From the IMG/VR virus record IMGVR_UViG_3300033121_000493, positions 138,583 through 202,582 of that record: DNA of 64,000 bases; one strand, given 5' to 3'. Shown piece by piece: positions 61,144-64,000 of the stretch. Source of the DNA: a virus. Its lineage: Duplodnaviria > Caudoviricetes. The stretch's first letter is position 1. Each line of letters opens with the position of its first letter. The notes beneath the pieces are model-generated. The model did not search any database. It saw only the letters and a list, made by a program, of their open reading frames with translations, and was not told the DNA's origin. Made by a program: the position numbers and the translations under genes.

Positions 61144-61575
61144 CTAGCCGATCGGCCTTATGTCGCACACTGCCTGCTTGCGCGTTATGTCCGATAGCAT
61201 GTCAGAGTACCCGGCCGCGCGCACCAGTGGTACTTCGCAAACAATAATATGTTTACCGTCACGTATGTCGGTAGCGACAATAGTACCTCCCCGACTCATC
61301 AAATCGTTATTCACTATACCGACAAAATCAAACGGCATCGTTACTTCGATTTTTACAAGCTGTTCGCGGCTTTTTTGCTCGTTAGCTTCTGAATATTCGC
61401 GCGTATTCCACTTAGTGTCGGCTTCAGCTTGCGTATCACCACGTGCAGTAAGGCTTACAGGACAATCCTTATTAGAGCATTTAGTAGCAAAGTGGGTTTC
61501 CCGATACAATTTACGTTCGTAACGTTCTCCAGGCCTACCGCAAAACGGGCATGGAAGAAGCGGTACAGCACTCAC
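61144..61575 (-). CDS. Lar-family zinc finger fused to an EF-G domain V (EFG_C)-like module
   Basis: LLPCPFCG...C...C...KWNTR, then KIEVTMPFDFVGIVNNDLMSRGG...EVPL...GYSDMLSDIT. Confidence 0.75.
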   Translation of the reverse strand: MSAVPLLPCPFCGRPGERYERKLYRETHFATKCSNKDCPVSLTARGDTQAEADTKWNTREYSEANEQKSREQLVKIEVTMPFDFVGIVNNDLMSRGGTIVATDIRDGKHIIVCEVPLVRAAGYSDMLSDITRKQAVCDIRPIG

Positions 61576-61789
61576 AATGCTTCTCCTTGAGACTTGGTTT
61601 CACGCCATGTATTATTGTGTATACTAAAATAGTTAAAAGCGTTACTAGAAACATCCCCATAATCAACGTTATTGCCGGTAAGAATAAATCTGGTTTATGT
61701 TCCGATAGCCACACGCAGCCATATGCTGCCCCATATATCAGCAAAACTATTACTATACCGATCCCAGCCGCAATGAAAATATCGAACAT
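61535..61789 (-). CDS. Two-TM membrane protein
   Basis: Two hydrophobic helices. Confidence 0.55.
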   Translation of the reverse strand: MFDIFIAAGIGIVIVLLIYGAAYGCVWLSEHKPDLFLPAITLIMGMFLVTLLTILVYTIIHGVKPSLKEKHCECCTASSMPVLR

Positions 61790-62194
61790 TCACTCTTCCT
61801 TTATGCCTAACGCAGCTCGCTCGGCTTTTGTCAGCTTGGCAAGAGCTCGTTTGCGCGTAGCATTTTTAGCTTTTGCCTGTTGTTCATCTTTTAAACGCTT
61901 AGCGTCAGCTTGTTGGTGTTTTTCCCACCACTCAGCAAGCTTACGGCTTTCTGCGCTTCTACCGTTGTAAATGTATTTGTCGAGCTCTTTTTCAGTAAGT
62001 TTGCTAATCATGTAACATAACTTAGCGGCGGCGTCATTATGTTTAGCTACAGTACTGTAATATGATGTTCCAGCTGAAATCCATTCTGGTATGTCTCTAT
62101 TAAGCATAACCAGCAAATCACGTAATCGTTCAAACGTATTGCGAGCTGCGCGCTCGGCATCAGTTGCTTCCATGCCAATACTGTTGCAACCCAC
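61790..62194 (-). CDS. Phage hypothetical protein
   Basis: LC...LAEWWEKHQQADAKR...ALAKLTKAERAALG. Confidence 0.65.
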   Translation of the reverse strand: MGCNSIGMEATDAERAARNTFERLRDLLVMLNRDIPEWISAGTSYYSTVAKHNDAAAKLCYMISKLTEKELDKYIYNGRSAESRKLAEWWEKHQQADAKRLKDEQQAKAKNATRKRALAKLTKAERAALGIKEE

Positions 62195-62629
62195 TCATTT
62201 TTCCTTTTTTGGGGTACGCCATTTAGGGACGGCTTTTTTGAATTGTTGAATTAGCCATTTACGTCTGGCTCTAGCAGCAGTTCGCACTGTTGCTAGCAGA
62301 GCTAGAGCATCTTCATCTAAATGTTCTTTGCGTGAGCGCGCTAAATGGCCTGCGCATCCCAACGCATCCTCTAGTGCGTCAAAGGTTCGCGTTACGCACG
62401 GCCCGTCGCCAGGGCTGATAGCGCTATGAGTTATCCCGATTGGGCATTTAGTACAATCTCCAACACGGCCGTCTGTTAGTGCCGCGCGGCACAGCTGACA
62501 CCCTCCGGTTGTGCCGTAAAAACACCATGCGTTAAGGCGTTCTCTAGGGTTGGCAATTAACAGATCGTATGCCACGATTGTTTTGTCCATCGCCTTCAAC
62601 ATCTTTTGTGTAGGTTTATATTTTTTCAT
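62195..62629 (-). CDS. Cys-rich hypothetical protein
   Basis: CQLC...CTKCP...PC. Confidence 0.6.
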   Translation of the reverse strand: MKKYKPTQKMLKAMDKTIVAYDLLIANPRERLNAWCFYGTTGGCQLCRAALTDGRVGDCTKCPIGITHSAISPGDGPCVTRTFDALEDALGCAGHLARSRKEHLDEDALALLATVRTAARARRKWLIQQFKKAVPKWRTPKKEK

Positions 62630-62720
62630 TTGTCAGTTATCTCTACGTACATGGCGTATATAGTCAATAAACTTATTATCAGTACAAGTACACTAGCGAT
62701 AATACACCCCGCGTTACCGT

Positions 62721-63077
62721 TCATTTGGCCTCCGGATGAGTTTTAACTGCTTTGTCTGCGGCATAGTCATATTTACCGATAACTGCGTCAGCACAAAATT
62801 TCCAGTGTCCGGCAACAGCATCACTGTATGACGAGTAGCGTTCACAAGCTAAGTCAATCATTTTTGCGCCATTGGCAAACACCATTGTTTCAAACAATAT
62901 CGGCGCGCCTTCTTCTAAAAAATTGTGGTCTAATCCTAAAAAGACAGTAGACACCCGAACTTTTGGATAATCAGTTCTTAGAAGCCGCCAGTGAGACGTA
63001 TCTTTTGGCGGAAAATCACATTGTACTACAGTGTTATCTTTATTAAGATCGTACCAGGCGTACCATCTTTTTGCCAT
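62721..63077 (-). CDS. Phage hypothetical protein
   Basis: VSTVFLGLDH...PILFETMVF...RY...A..GH motif common in phages. Confidence 0.65.
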   Translation of the reverse strand: MAKRWYAWYDLNKDNTVVQCDFPPKDTSHWRLLRTDYPKVRVSTVFLGLDHNFLEEGAPILFETMVFANGAKMIDLACERYSSYSDAVAGHWKFCADAVIGKYDYAADKAVKTHPEAK

Positions 63078-63093
63078 TGATAGTTATCCTTTA

Positions 63094-63946
63094 TTAACTA
63101 GCGTTGGGATCAAGTCGATAGGCGACAACGCGGTAGCCGTTCTTGTTCCAAAGCTCGCCCATGCCTTCGCTGTCGCTTTGCTTGACCGGCTGCCCATCGT
63201 CGTTGTAAGCGACGTACAAGGTCATTGGCTGTAGCGGCCGTTGCTCCGCGCTTATCACCTGCTCAACTCTAGCTTTAATTGGTTCATTCATGTTTACACT
63301 CTTCTTGCTTTGAGCATGGCCTTTGTTGTTGCCTTTTTCGCGTCGTCCAGACTTGTACTTCAGTGCGGCATTCATGTCGCTAAGTGTATCATTAGCCAAA
63401 AACGCTATCTTTAGGTCTGCTTTCTCGGCAATCCGTTCGAGAGATGCCCTCGCAATAGGATGAACCGACCGCCACTCCCGCCACTTCGTCGGCGTTTTTG
63501 GAGGTGTCTTGGTTGCGGTCTTGCGCTTGGTCATTTCCTGCCCCAGTTCTCGGAGATACCGTATGTGACTATCAGACCAATCACCACGACGCACCCAAAT
63601 ACGCACCAACAAATTGCTTGGATTCCACCTTCGCTCACTCTCGCACCCCCAGTTGGCGTTCGGCGGCTTTGTAGCCCTTTGTGAAGTCGTCCTCTCCAAA
63701 CTTAGACGCATCGCTACCCAGAAACCACTTGTGAATTTCCTCATCGCTCGCAGGCTGCATCGGCGGGGTGATGGTGACGATGGCATAGGTGAAGGCGGGA
63801 TTCCTTTGTACGCCTTCGATGGTTTGTCGGTCGCCATAAGAATTCGGCCACCACCTACCATCTTCCCAATACCACAGTTGGCACGGTGGCAGCGGCGGCA
63901 GTTGCGATTGGATTACTTGGGCAGTTGCGTTGGCGTTGGTTGTCAT
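63094..63946 (-). CDS. Two hypothetical genes (63635-63946 and about 63094-63534)
   Basis: GGAG and AGGA RBSs; starts uncertain. Confidence 0.45.
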
Positions 63947-64000
63947 TCGGTCTCTCCGTTCCAGAGTTTTGCGGTTTTCTTGGCGGTCTGCTCGTCAAGC

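Noticed and set aside
1-64000. CRISPR array
   Set aside because: No run of three or more regularly spaced repeats; the repeats found are pairs hundreds of nt apart or in-frame tandem copies

Overview
A 64-kb segment of a large tailed dsDNA phage genome, probably jumbo-sized. It is densely coding in the standard code, mostly on the minus strand, and moderately AT-rich by eye. A candidate spanin pair suggests a diderm host. In order, it holds: (1) a ~10-kb cluster of about 8 glycosyltransferases with a SAM methyltransferase, a GmhA-like SIS protein and dTMP kinase; (2) MazG and two paralogous beta-helix (tailspike-like) genes; (3) a first array of short diverged paralogs; (4) a replication/recombination module with RecA/UvsX-like recombinase, UDG-fused family A DNA polymerase, primase, DnaB, SF2 helicase and SbcCD; (5) a highly structured intergenic region beside a Rep-like zinc-motif gene; (6) a MoxR AAA+/VWA pair; (7) a gpA-type terminase large subunit on the + strand; (8) a second array of about 20 overlapping mini-ORFs; (9) an early-type region with an Rnl2-family RNA ligase. 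The strongest leads are an apparently catalytically dead IS110/TIGR-Tas-like (RuvC+Nop) gene inside the replication operon, a non-canonical tRNA-Lys(UUU)-like RNA 22 nt downstream of the RNA ligase, a Lar zinc finger fused to an EF-G domain V-like module, a multi-stem RNA/origin candidate next to a degenerate HUH-Rep-like gene, and paralog arrays whose junctions are near-identical while the gene bodies have diverged. All assignments come from manual motif recognition; no database searches were run.
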